In this document: positions 1 to 9,335 of the stretch, one piece after another
Numbering within the stretch: the first letter of the stretch is position 1
Layout: each line of letters starts with the position of its first letter
NCBI GenBank assembly: GCA_963758495.1
Contig: CAVWVI010000001.1
Location: 192,001 to 256,000, forward strand
Origin: Oligoflexia bacterium
GTDB lineage: Bacteria > Bdellovibrionota > UBA1018
Length of the DNA: 64,000 nucleotides
Direction of reading: 5' to 3'
Made by a program: the position numbers and the translations under genes
Notes under the pieces: generated by a model
Databases searched by the model: none
What the model saw: only the letters and a program-made list of their open reading frames with translations
Told to the model about the DNA's origin: nothing

Positions 1-1
1 T

Positions 2-1204
2 CAACTCATAGGAACCACCCAACCTTGGCCTTGGTACGGAATTCCCTCTGGAGTCTACTTAGTGAATCCTGGAATGAGTATTTGGGTATTTACTCTCTTA
101 GCAAAACTTTTTGGAATCCACCAACCCACTTCCTTAGCTCATGCCGTTCAACTCTTTGCACTTCTAGGAATTTGCCTCGTCATTCCTTTCACTTTACGAT
201 TTGTAGCAGACGAAGAAAAAAGAGACTGGCTTTGGGCTTATGCTTTAGCCATGGTGAACCCTTTTTTGATTTTGTATCAAAGAAAACTTTGGCCCGAGCC
301 ATTCCTTCCCTTCTTTACGATGCTCACGCTCATGGGATGGTGGAAAAGAGATCAGAAATGGGGAGCTTTTCTCTGGGGGATCATTGGTGCTTGCCTTGGG
401 CAAATCCATATGAGTGGATTTTTCTTTGGGGCAGCGCTTTTTCTCTGGACTGCCGTGTTCGGTAAAAGGCTCAAAGTCAAAGCTCAGGAAACTCGGTGGA
501 AATGGTGGCTCATTGGATCCACACTCGGTGCTCTGCCTCTCATTCCATGGCTCTCCTATATCCTTCAACATCCGATTCATGGGAGCATGAGTGCAGGTTG
601 GAATGAAATCATTCAGTTCAAATACTGGGCTTTTTGGATCACCGATGCCTTGGGACTTCACCTCGGAAATCCTCTCGGCCTCCTTCGTGGCCCTCAGTTG
701 TCACAGATTTCAGATTTTATTCGTTATCCGATCCTCTTTGAACACGCTACTTATCTCGTGGGATTAGCTCATTTACTCACAGCCTTCCTAGCAGTTTGGA
801 TTTTCAGTCGATGGCTCAAGTCTCATAGAGTATCCGGTACAGTATCCGGTACAGTATCCGGTACAGTATCCGGTACGTTATCTGGTTCCGATTTTGAGAT
901 CATCGGATACAATTCTGAGACTGCTTTCGTGCAAAATTCAGCGCTCTGGGGATGTGGGATTCTCTTGACCCTCACAGGTGTGGTCATCCGTCGTTACTAT
1001 ATGACAATTACCTTTCCTCTTGAATTCATTTTCTGGGTGCGCATGGCCCGTACAGATACAAAACTAGGTCAAAAACTGCTGACTGCCTTATGGATCTGCG
1101 AATTCTTGATTTCAGCCCATTTCGTCGGCTATATTCATGTCAATCAGGGTTCGATCGATGGGGATTATGGAAAAGCGTATCATCTGATCAAAAACAATCA
1201 TTAA
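2..1204 (+). CDS. Polytopic membrane protein, probable GT-C/ArnT-like glycosyltransferase (5' end lies before the window)
   Basis: Frame is open from base 2; many hydrophobic helices; NPF..LYQRKLW and QIHMSG motifs resemble ArnT/PMT-like proteins; contains a 4x VSGT repeat. Confidence 0.5.
   Translation, partial: QLIGTTQPWPWYGIPSGVYLVNPGMSIWVFTLLAKLFGIHQPTSLAHAVQLFALLGICLVIPFTLRFVADEEKRDWLWAYALAMVNPFLILYQRKLWPEPFLPFFTMLTLMGWWKRDQKWGAFLWGIIGACLGQIHMSGFFFGAALFLWTAVFGKRLKVKAQETRWKWWLIGSTLGALPLIPWLSYILQHPIHGSMSAGWNEIIQFKYWAFWITDALGLHLGNPLGLLRGPQLSQISDFIRYPILFEHATYLVGLAHLLTAFLAVWIFSRWLKSHRVSGTVSGTVSGTVSGTLSGSDFEIIGYNSETAFVQNSALWGCGILLTLTGVVIRRYYMTITFPLEFIFWVRMARTDTKLGQKLLTALWICEFLISAHFVGYIHVNQGSIDGDYGKAYHLIKNNH
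829..876 (+). repeat. Tandem repeat (AGTATCCGGTAC)x4, in frame (VSGT)
   Basis: Four exact 12-mers read directly from the sequence. Confidence 0.95.
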
Positions 1205-1317
1205 AAATGGAAAATAGAAGCTCATTTTAAGGCTTTTCTTTGCAATCACTCAATCTTTTCCCTTGACTCCTCTAGGCACAAAGTTAAATTTAGATCTATA
1301 AGGAGAATAAGTATTTC

Positions 1318-1677
1318 ATGGCTAAAAAAAATAGTAATAAGAAATTTAACGTTTTGAATTCACTCTACGAAGGCGTGCTCAGCATTGCTCAAGTCACCAA
1401 AAAGGGTGAAGTCAGAATCAAACGATCTGACCTTAAGAAACTGATTGAAGATACATTCACAGCAGGCGCTAAAAAAGCATCTTCTGGCGAGCGCATTCGT
1501 TTCCCTGTCATCGGCGCTTTAGTACGTAAAGACGTAAAAGCTCGTAAAGCTGGAAAAGGAAAGAATCCTTTCACTGGCGAAGACATGACCATTAAGGCAC
1601 GTCCTGCTACCAAGAAACCTCGTTGGTCCTTTCCTCGTTCATTGAAAGAGACCTTTGCTGAAAAGAAAAACTGGTAA
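1318..1677 (+). CDS. HU/IHF-family histone-like DNA-binding protein (divergent)
   Basis: Basic 119 aa protein with a GKNPFTGE..IKA beta-arm motif; AAGGAG upstream. Confidence 0.85.
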   Translation: MAKKNSNKKFNVLNSLYEGVLSIAQVTKKGEVRIKRSDLKKLIEDTFTAGAKKASSGERIRFPVIGALVRKDVKARKAGKGKNPFTGEDMTIKARPATKKPRWSFPRSLKETFAEKKNW

Positions 1678-1724
1678 TTCGTTTAGCGTCTGAACTTGAT
1701 CTGAACATTCAGTTCAATGTTTTT

Positions 1725-1765
1725 GGGATTCTCCTCGCCGTCGTAAACGGCGGGGATTCCTTTTT
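1725..1765 (+). terminator. Probable bidirectional Rho-independent terminator between convergent genes
   Basis: GC-rich hairpin CTCGCCGT-cgtaa-ACGGCGGG followed by a T-run. Confidence 0.6.
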
Positions 1766-4118
1766 AAAAAGAAAAATCGAACACTACCCTCTTCACTTGA
1801 CCCTTAATCTTTGTCCAATCCACCGGAAAATTTTTTCTCTGTAATTTACATTGAGCCCATCTTTCCCATTCAGAATCAGGACTATCCAGTTGTGGGTTTG
1901 CAATATCTTGATTTGCACCTGCTAAAACAGCATAAACTTCTGGGGGCTGAGACATTTCCACAATCAATCGCTGAGAAGCACCTGCATAATGGCTAAAATG
2001 ATCTTGCATCCATTCAGAACTTCCTGGGTTGACTGAAAAGTCATCTCCCGGAGTACTGATTGCTTTTACGCGAAAAAATTCATCACCCGCAAGATGTCCA
2101 AAAGAATTCAAATGCACCTGACCCCAACTCAATAGGGTCTGATTTTTCATAAATTTTAAATCTTCTAGCGCAAGTAAAAAAGAATCGTAAACGCTCGTTT
2201 CAAAAGCAGGCTCGATCGGTAAATTTAATTTACGATAAAGTGCATTGATATTGACTTGTAGATCATCATTCAAACGATTCATCCATCGACGATAGAGGCC
2301 GCAAGCAACGCACTCTCGATTCGTTTCATAGTTCCAGTTTTTGAGTACATCCAAAGCAGGGAGTATCACTGTTTTAAGATCTGAAGCAGCGACTTTCTTT
2401 TCCAAAATCGTAAGGAGCTGAGGAAGTACAAACCGTGCATCCACCGCCTGGACATCGCACTGAATTCTCTGGGAAGACGCCAAATTATGAAACTTCGTTT
2501 TTTGAAGTAATTCTTCTATTCGAAAGGCTCTGAATCCAAATTCATGAGCTTTGCCTTGACTCCAACGGGCATCTTTAGGCCATTGCTGATTATTTGCAGT
2601 AGCAATATATCCCCGAGCAGGATTGAGAGTATGAGGCATTTCAGAAGGAGCTAAAGGGTGAGTCAATGCCGGGGAGTTTTCAATTTGTTCTAAAGTTTCT
2701 ACAGGAATACCAAAAGAATCATTTTTCTCCTGACGAGGAATTCGACCTACAGCACGATAACCCACGCCACCTTGATCATCTGCTAAAACAAAATTCCAAC
2801 TGGGCACACCCACTTGAGAAAGAACTTGATCTGCCTCAGCTACTGAGTGACTCTTCATGAGATCAAAAAAAGGAGTTATTTCCTTTGCAAGTAGATCAAA
2901 CCCCGTCCATTGCAATACCAGTGCTTTTTCAGCAGAGGAAGGCAAAGGTAGAATTGGAAAACTCTTGGGTGTTCTTCGAAAAGATTTAAAGAAAAAAGGT
3001 AATTTAAACTTCCAAACTTTAACCCAGATGACCGGCCAAAAGGATTGAGCTTCATTTTTCCCTTGGAGTTCCTTCTCTGAAACGGCCACCAAGCGCGCTG
3101 CGGGTAAAAAAGAATTAGTCAGTCCCCAGCTCAAATGTAAGTTTGCACCACTCGCAATAAAAGGGACTCCTGGAAAAGTAGCCCCTATGGCGTTGATATC
3201 GCCAGCATCTAAATGAATCCAATGCCAAAATGCAGGACGTGTGAGGCGAAGATGGGGATCATTTGCAAGCCAAGCATGATGTGACTGACTTCTACGTGGA
3301 CTGATCACCCAATTATTACTCCCCGTCCCAGGCCCTTGCCAAACAGAGGAGAGTTGTAGGTAGGACTCAGTCGTGAGTAACTCCTGGAGCGCAATTGACT
3401 CCGGGACAGAGTGCTGGTTTTGGGATTGCGTTTTAGACTGATTAGGTTTTTGAGAAGAAGACTTTGGATATTCCCCTTCCTTTAATATCGAAGTATCCCA
3501 CGGAAGATCAATTGGATTGAAAAGTGAAGAAGCCTGATCACCCTGTTTTTCTTCCCATTTTCTTTGATCTAACTGAATTTGAAAACTTCGCCGGGTTTGA
3601 TCAAACGATTGAAGCAAGATTAAGCTTAAAGAATCTTCTGGACTCCAAGGTTCTGGAAGATAGCCCAACTCATTAAATTCATACACACCTCGATCCACCG
3701 CCTCTTTCATGCCTTGATTCGCTCCCCGAGCGTAGGCCTGAAAAATGCTTTGATCTTGAGGATTCATCTGTTTAAAGATCGCTTTTGCTTTCTCTGGCAG
3801 ATTTAAAATCCGCAAAAAGAAATCAGACCGAAAGGAACTCATTCCAAAAAACTCAGCTTTGCGCCCCTGAACCGTTTTTTTAAAGAAATCCATTTCCCAT
3901 GCACGGTCTCTGCCATGGATATAACCCAAACAGGCTATACCCGATAGAGTGTCAGCAGCATGGATATGAGGAATCCCTTGCTCATCATCCCAAATTTCGC
4001 AACTCGCAGGAGTCGATCCAAAAGTAGCTGTGGAAAAATAAGGCGAAAAATAAAACCCGAAAAACCCTATAAGAAAAATCGTTAAACTCTTTCTTAAGAT
4101 TCGATGACCTTCCACCAA
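1764..4118 (-). CDS. Penicillin acylase family protein (Ntn hydrolase, peptidase S45)
   Basis: WDDEQGIPHI, GYIHGRDRAWEMD, GSNNW nucleophile motif, ANDPHL, TANNQ. Confidence 0.92.
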   Translation of the reverse strand: MVEGHRILRKSLTIFLIGFFGFYFSPYFSTATFGSTPASCEIWDDEQGIPHIHAADTLSGIACLGYIHGRDRAWEMDFFKKTVQGRKAEFFGMSSFRSDFFLRILNLPEKAKAIFKQMNPQDQSIFQAYARGANQGMKEAVDRGVYEFNELGYLPEPWSPEDSLSLILLQSFDQTRRSFQIQLDQRKWEEKQGDQASSLFNPIDLPWDTSILKEGEYPKSSSQKPNQSKTQSQNQHSVPESIALQELLTTESYLQLSSVWQGPGTGSNNWVISPRRSQSHHAWLANDPHLRLTRPAFWHWIHLDAGDINAIGATFPGVPFIASGANLHLSWGLTNSFLPAARLVAVSEKELQGKNEAQSFWPVIWVKVWKFKLPFFFKSFRRTPKSFPILPLPSSAEKALVLQWTGFDLLAKEITPFFDLMKSHSVAEADQVLSQVGVPSWNFVLADDQGGVGYRAVGRIPRQEKNDSFGIPVETLEQIENSPALTHPLAPSEMPHTLNPARGYIATANNQQWPKDARWSQGKAHEFGFRAFRIEELLQKTKFHNLASSQRIQCDVQAVDARFVLPQLLTILEKKVAASDLKTVILPALDVLKNWNYETNRECVACGLYRRWMNRLNDDLQVNINALYRKLNLPIEPAFETSVYDSFLLALEDLKFMKNQTLLSWGQVHLNSFGHLAGDEFFRVKAISTPGDDFSVNPGSSEWMQDHFSHYAGASQRLIVEMSQPPEVYAVLAGANQDIANPQLDSPDSEWERWAQCKLQRKNFPVDWTKIKGQVKRVVFDFSF

Positions 4119-5131
4119 CGCCCCCCCATTCGATGAGGTATTCTATTTGTTATAATCTGCCCTATAATAGCAGCTGTGACCGTAGGTCTTTCTAAATGAA
4201 TACTATGTCCTATGTTACGCAGTACAATAGCATGATGTTTTTTATTTTCATCTTGATGTAAACTACGAAGCCAAGCTGCTGAACAACGTGCCGGAATTAA
4301 TGTGTCTTTCTCACCCCAAAGCAACCAAACCTTTGATTTAATTTGCTTAGCAAGAGGGTCTAATGCATGATCTTCTCGAAACGTTGACATAAATAGCCGA
4401 ATATCATCTCGTTTGATAAACCTTCTAAAATCAGGAACGATCCAAGAAAACCAGCGAGGCTCTTTTACAAAAAGATGGGGCCGTAGTATTTTAAAGCCCT
4501 CTTCCTTAACTTGATTAAAAATCGCTTTCCAATCTTCTTTAGTCGCTTCATCACCAAAGAGGCCAGAGGGGTTAGCCAACATCAGAGTATCAGGACCTGA
4601 ATAGTTTTGACGATTAGAAAGAGGCCTAACCCCTGTGCCACAAAGCACTGCATAATGCGCAACCATCCAAGCCCCCAACGAATGACCTATAATCGTATGA
4701 GGCTTAAGCGAATCCAAAGTATCATTGAGTACAGACATCATGAGATCAAAGGAAGGAAACGCTTTCTCTTTTGAAAGAAAGCCTCCAAATCCAGGAAAAT
4801 CGACTAAAATCACTTCATCAAAAGATTGTTTTAAAACCGGCTGGAGCAAGCCAACAACAATAGCCCAAGAAAGCGGAGAATCCCCAAACCCAGGAATTAA
4901 GACAAATCGTTTAGGATAAGCGTCTTTTTGAGGTTTTTTTCTCAAGACCTTTCGCCAATAGCCCAGCTTGACCTCTCCATTTCGCCGAGTCTCCCATTGA
5001 TAACCTCTCATTTTAAAGTAGGCTTTAGCAAGCAAGTGAAATGCCTGCAAAACAGAGACGTTTTTTGGAAATGTAAAACTTCGTTTTTCTATCTGATTCA
5101 GTTCCTGAGACATGTTATTTTTCTTTATCAA
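4094..5131 (-). CDS. Alpha/beta-fold hydrolase
   Basis: PGFG oxyanion loop, DFPGFG, GHSLG nucleophile elbow, WGEKD, GHSIHLE. Confidence 0.85.
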   Translation of the reverse strand: MIKKNNMSQELNQIEKRSFTFPKNVSVLQAFHLLAKAYFKMRGYQWETRRNGEVKLGYWRKVLRKKPQKDAYPKRFVLIPGFGDSPLSWAIVVGLLQPVLKQSFDEVILVDFPGFGGFLSKEKAFPSFDLMMSVLNDTLDSLKPHTIIGHSLGAWMVAHYAVLCGTGVRPLSNRQNYSGPDTLMLANPSGLFGDEATKEDWKAIFNQVKEEGFKILRPHLFVKEPRWFSWIVPDFRRFIKRDDIRLFMSTFREDHALDPLAKQIKSKVWLLWGEKDTLIPARCSAAWLRSLHQDENKKHHAIVLRNIGHSIHLERPTVTAAIIGQIITNRIPHRMGGRWWKVIES

Positions 5132-5170
5132 ACATTTTTACAAATTGGAAATTATGCTATTTCCTTTTGC

Positions 5171-5974
5171 ATGATTTCCTCCCAAAGTCGTCTGAATATT
5201 GGCCGCCGTAACCTCTTTTTATTACTTAACTTTACACTAGGCATCCTCCCTAGCTTTGCCTTTTTTAGCTGGATCGAGCGAAATGCAAGTCTACCTTGGA
5301 TAGGCGTCTATTTTAATTGGCCATGGGTTTCTCTTGCCCAAGAATCCTTATTCATACGAAGTGCCTTGAATATTACCCTCTTTCTTTTTTTTGGCATGAT
5401 TCACTCCCTTTTCGCACAACCCCAAGTGCACCGTTTCTTAGAAGCATGGGTTCCACCTCAAGCACTCAGAACAGTGTTCATGATGTTAACTGGCATATCT
5501 CTTATTTTTTTAATGGGTTTTTGGCAAAGCACAGGCATCATTCTCTGGGTACTTCATCTTCCTCAACCCGTACTCACTCTTTCATCTCTACTCTTATTCT
5601 GGTTATTCATGGGGGGATGTGGAATCATCCTCAGTCAGTTTGATACCTTCCACTTTTTAGGAATTCGCCAACTGAGTCAAAGTAAACAAGAATTGAATCA
5701 TACCAGCGGAAATCAGACACTCAATCAGTCTGGGATTTATAAATATGTCAGACACCCTATTTATACACTGACTCTTTTAGCGATTTTTATCACACCCATC
5801 ATGAGTCTAGATAGAGCACTCTTAGGGTTTGCGATGGGCCTCTACTTGATGGTAGGCATCCCCATTGAAGAAAAAAAATTACTCCTCCTTTTTGGAGAGG
5901 CTTATCAAAACTATCGTAAACAAGTTCCAGCATTAATTCCTAAGTGGAATCACTTTACTTTCAGAAATAAATAA
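5171..5974 (+). CDS. Isoprenylcysteine carboxyl methyltransferase/NnrU-like membrane protein
   Basis: GIYKYVRHPIY and EE..L...FGEAY..YRKQVPALIP motifs; start placed at ATG 5171 to avoid overlapping the opposite gene. Confidence 0.8.
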   Translation: MISSQSRLNIGRRNLFLLLNFTLGILPSFAFFSWIERNASLPWIGVYFNWPWVSLAQESLFIRSALNITLFLFFGMIHSLFAQPQVHRFLEAWVPPQALRTVFMMLTGISLIFLMGFWQSTGIILWVLHLPQPVLTLSSLLLFWLFMGGCGIILSQFDTFHFLGIRQLSQSKQELNHTSGNQTLNQSGIYKYVRHPIYTLTLLAIFITPIMSLDRALLGFAMGLYLMVGIPIEEKKLLLLFGEAYQNYRKQVPALIPKWNHFTFRNK

Positions 5975-5989
5975 GCAACGATCTCGAAC

Positions 5990-6934
5990 ATGCAACCTAT
6001 GCCCTTTCGTTCAGATCAGAAATTGACTCAGGTGTTAAGTCAACAAAAGTTCACTTTATCTGCTGAAGTCATTCCTCCTCGGAATGGTTCTGAACAGCTC
6101 AAAGTTTTTCATCAAATTGAAACACTTATCCAGAATGGAGCACAATTTCTAGCCGTTACAAAAGGAGCAGGAGGAAGCCTCCGTGGAGGGAGTTTACCCA
6201 TCGCTCAAGCGATTAAAGAAAGATTTGCTGTTCCTTGTATTGCGCATTTTACCTGTCGAGACCTCACTCCTTCCGAAGTTGAAAATGGTTTAATGGATCA
6301 TCATTATTTTGGAATCCGTAATATCTTGGCCTTACGAGGAGATCCACCCGATGGACAACCTTTTTGGCAACCGAGAGAAGGAGGGTATAATTATGCTTAT
6401 CAATTGATTGAGCAGATTCGTAACCTCAACTCGGGAGTTTATTTACCACGGCTCAATGGCCCCAAAACGGACCACCCAGAAGCTACAGATTTTTGTATCG
6501 GCGCTGCCTGTTATCCAGACTATCCTCATGAAGAAGATCGAATTCATTTTTTTCGAATGAAGGTGGAGGCGGGTGCTGAATTCGGCATGACAGACATGTT
6601 GTTTGATCCCGATTCCTATGCTCGCTTTATCGATTTGTGCCAGAAACATCGAATTGAAATCCCGATTTTGCCTGGTACACGGTTTTTAAAAACTCGAACC
6701 CAAGCACTTCGAATGGCTGAGAAGTTTAAAACCAAGATTCCCACTCCAACTTTAGAAGGACTCGCAGAAACAGATGGCCCAGACGCAATCGCAAGGGGTC
6801 TCGATTTATTTATGAAGATGACAGAACGCCTCCAAAAGCTGGGAGCACCTGGAATTCATCTCTACGTTATTTCAGATACAGCAGGAGCATCAGCAACTCT
6901 TCAGCAGTTAGCAGAACGATATCCAAGGCCTTGA
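5990..6934 (+). CDS. metF: 5,10-methylenetetrahydrofolate reductase
   Basis: SAEVIPP, AHFTCRD, NILALRGDPP, IGAACYP, KVEAGAEF motifs. Confidence 0.88.
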   Translation: MQPMPFRSDQKLTQVLSQQKFTLSAEVIPPRNGSEQLKVFHQIETLIQNGAQFLAVTKGAGGSLRGGSLPIAQAIKERFAVPCIAHFTCRDLTPSEVENGLMDHHYFGIRNILALRGDPPDGQPFWQPREGGYNYAYQLIEQIRNLNSGVYLPRLNGPKTDHPEATDFCIGAACYPDYPHEEDRIHFFRMKVEAGAEFGMTDMLFDPDSYARFIDLCQKHRIEIPILPGTRFLKTRTQALRMAEKFKTKIPTPTLEGLAETDGPDAIARGLDLFMKMTERLQKLGAPGIHLYVISDTAGASATLQQLAERYPRP

Positions 6935-6935
6935 G

Positions 6936-7010
6936 TTGATAACAATTCGCCTTCCATCGGAAACCATTGCAAAGCTGAAATCCATGGCAACAAAGGAAGG
7001 ACTACCTTAG
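6936..7010 (+). pseudogene. Remnant of a CopG/BrnA-type ribbon-helix-helix antitoxin gene at the left junction of the HNH element
   Basis: Translates LITIRLPSETIAKLKSMATKEGLP*Q, matching the IxIRL...LK..A...GLPYQ pattern. Confidence 0.5.
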
Positions 7011-8587
7011 CAATTGAGGTCATATTCGAGGCACTCCGGGCGACTTAATGGAAGTGCTTATTTTTTTCGGGTGAGGCTGGGCGTGCGATGTATGTCCTAT
7101 AAATCGCATGACCGCAGAAGTGCATTGTGAATTTTTATTTTTAAAGACAGCTCTGCTGTACCAATGCTTTTACCAGTTACTTCCCGCGTCGGAAGTGAAC
7201 CTGAAAAAAAATGAAGGGACACTCATTTTTCGCTTGCGACCCTGACGCAGAGGGAAATTTAAAATCCAATCATCTGTCCCAGATCTGAGTTAAAAGAATA
7301 GCGAGACGCAATAAGGTGCCTCACAGTGGGAGCCAGAAATATCGAGTATGCCCCGGGATTATCAGATTTTTGTAAGTGCATAAAAATCGATTAAACGCTT
7401 AAAATTCAGCCCAAAATTCTGTGTTAAAATACTTTTCACGTATGGAAAAACTTGAAGTATTTCTGGAAAATGTAGAACTCAAAAAGCTCACCGATCAACA
7501 ACTCCATCACAAGATGGTATGGACTTCTCAAAAAGAGCGAGAAATCACCGCTCAGATGATCAGCATGATTGCTGAAGCTGCAAAGAGGAGATTTTATCTC
7601 GACTTAGAGTTTGGAACACTCTTTGACTATATGACCATTGGTTTACATTATAGTGCAGCAGCTGCACAGCGAAGAATCAGCGCTGCTCGGATTACAGTGG
7701 AAGTCCCCGAAGTTAAAACCCAGATTTTAGATGGAAGTCTGACCCTTTCTGCGCTGGCGCAAGCAGAGAAGTTTTTCAGAAATGAACAAAAGAATGACCA
7801 CACCCTCAACTTGGATGAGAAGAAAAACGTCCTACAACAGCTGAAAAATAAGAGTTCAAGAGAAGCAGAAAAGACGTTACTCCAGATGTCCTCCGCTCCT
7901 GAGCAACTGCAGCCTGAAAAAATAAAACCTATGAATGCTGAGTTGAGTCAGATCACGTTCAATGCCAACTCAGAGTTTATGGCGCTTTTGGGGGAGTCCC
8001 GTGGATTGCTCGGGCATCAAATGCCAGGCGCATCGATTGCGGAAGTCTTAGCTGAGATGATGAAGCTGGGCCTGAGCGAACTGAAAAAGAAAAAGTTCAA
8101 AGTGAAGTCCACTGTCGAGTCAGTTCAAGTAGCCAAGTCGGAAGAAGCAGAAACTGTAGAAGTGACTTCCCACGCCGGAAGTGGAGTCGCTTCCACGGTA
8201 TCTCATGATTCTGAATACATCACCCATGAAGTCAAAAGAACAGTCTACCAAAGAGATCAAGGTCGTTGCGTGGTTCTCAATCCCAGGACCGGCAAACCTT
8301 GTGGGAGTATGACATTTCTTGAATATGATCACTTTCCAATCCCGCGAGCCAAAGGTGGGCCTTCGACGGCATTGAACTTAAGACTCAGCTGTAGGACTTG
8401 CAACAGACTGCACGCAGTGCAATCCTATGGAAGAGCACATGTTTTAAAATATATGGAATCACCCGAGACTCAATTCATCAGGTAGAAGCTCGCGCAAGCT
8501 AGAGAACAATTGATCGAACTCCATCACGTCGCACGGAGTGCCTCGAATATAATCTAAATTCCGGTGGCGGCCGCACTGGTTTGAAGT
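6998..8587 (+). mobile_element. 1,590-bp repeated element, copy 1, encoding an HNH nuclease
   Basis: Near-identical inverted copy at 61657-63246 with unrelated flanks; 23-bp inverted repeat 7022-7044/8528-8550 (22/23 match). Confidence 0.85.
7442..8485 (+). CDS. DUF222-like N-terminal helical domain plus C-terminal zinc-binding HNH endonuclease
   Basis: VYQRDQGRC..CGS..FLEYDH..PRAKGG..T..NLRLSCRTCNRLH; likely start ATG 7442 (ORF is open from GTG 7421). Confidence 0.88.
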   Translation: MEKLEVFLENVELKKLTDQQLHHKMVWTSQKEREITAQMISMIAEAAKRRFYLDLEFGTLFDYMTIGLHYSAAAAQRRISAARITVEVPEVKTQILDGSLTLSALAQAEKFFRNEQKNDHTLNLDEKKNVLQQLKNKSSREAEKTLLQMSSAPEQLQPEKIKPMNAELSQITFNANSEFMALLGESRGLLGHQMPGASIAEVLAEMMKLGLSELKKKKFKVKSTVESVQVAKSEEAETVEVTSHAGSGVASTVSHDSEYITHEVKRTVYQRDQGRCVVLNPRTGKPCGSMTFLEYDHFPIPRAKGGPSTALNLRLSCRTCNRLHAVQSYGRAHVLKYMESPETQFIR

Positions 8588-8679
8588 CTACCTTAAAAGA
8601 ACCTTAACTTTTGCTAACTTTACATGTGCGTCATTTTTGCTAAGACGCGCACTAGGAGCAGCAGAAGCTGGAATGAGTA

Positions 8680-9324
8680 ATGAGAAATTTTAAAGTTTTT
8701 TCTGCAAAGAAAACCGGGATTCCCTTCGCATTGACCTTATCATTTTTAGCAACCTCTGCGTTCGCAGATTGCGAAGTTGAAAAGCAAGCACGAGATGCTT
8801 TAAAGGGGACACAAAATACCTTGAACCAAGCTTCAGCTTGGACAGTGATTGGCGGGATGGCTGGCGGTGCAGCAATAGGTGGTCCAGTAGGTGCACTCGG
8901 TGGTCTTCTGGGAGCAATACCAGGACTCTTCGGGAAGATAAATAATGACAAGTTAAACGCAGCTGAGGCTCGTTTGAGTGAATGCCTGGGTGCGATTACT
9001 AGAGCTAATATTGTGGCTCAGAATAGAGCCAAGTCTAACGCGGAACTATTGAGCGACCTGACTCAATCTATTAATAGAAGCTTTACCGAGCGGAAACAGG
9101 AAATAGACCACGAATTTAATCACGGTGTTCAAGGACTAAATAATCGAGCTATAGAAGAAGGTTTAGATCTTGAAGACAATGAAGTTCGGCAACGAATCAC
9201 TTTAGTGATAGATCAATTAAGAGCAGTGCGTGATCAACAGCTTGCAAAATTGGACGAGCAACGAATTTCTGAGCTTTCCAAGCCAATTGAATCGGTGACG
9301 GCTGGGAGAAAGTTCAGCTTATAG
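8680..9324 (+). CDS. Secreted hypothetical protein with glycine-zipper hairpin and coiled coil
   Basis: Signal peptide ending SAFA; GGMAGGAAIGGPVGALGGLLG. Confidence 0.65.
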   Translation: MRNFKVFSAKKTGIPFALTLSFLATSAFADCEVEKQARDALKGTQNTLNQASAWTVIGGMAGGAAIGGPVGALGGLLGAIPGLFGKINNDKLNAAEARLSECLGAITRANIVAQNRAKSNAELLSDLTQSINRSFTERKQEIDHEFNHGVQGLNNRAIEEGLDLEDNEVRQRITLVIDQLRAVRDQQLAKLDEQRISELSKPIESVTAGRKFSL

Positions 9325-9335
9325 ATCAACCACGC

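Noticed and set aside
1730..1762. IS200/IS605-like end hairpin
   Set aside because: No tnpA/tnpB or terminal TCAA-type motif nearby; the position between convergent genes fits a terminator.
4928..5170. Long N-terminus of ORF 4928..5974
   Set aside because: Overlaps the opposite-strand hydrolase start; ATG 5171 fits better.
7421..8485. HNH protein as IscB/Cas9/TnpB
   Set aside because: No PLMP or split RuvC motifs; the HNH domain is C-terminal after an unrelated helical domain.
7002..8595. CTACCTTA as a target-site duplication of the HNH element
   Set aside because: CTACCTT is also at the left end of copy 2, whose right flank lacks it, so it is not a consistent TSD.
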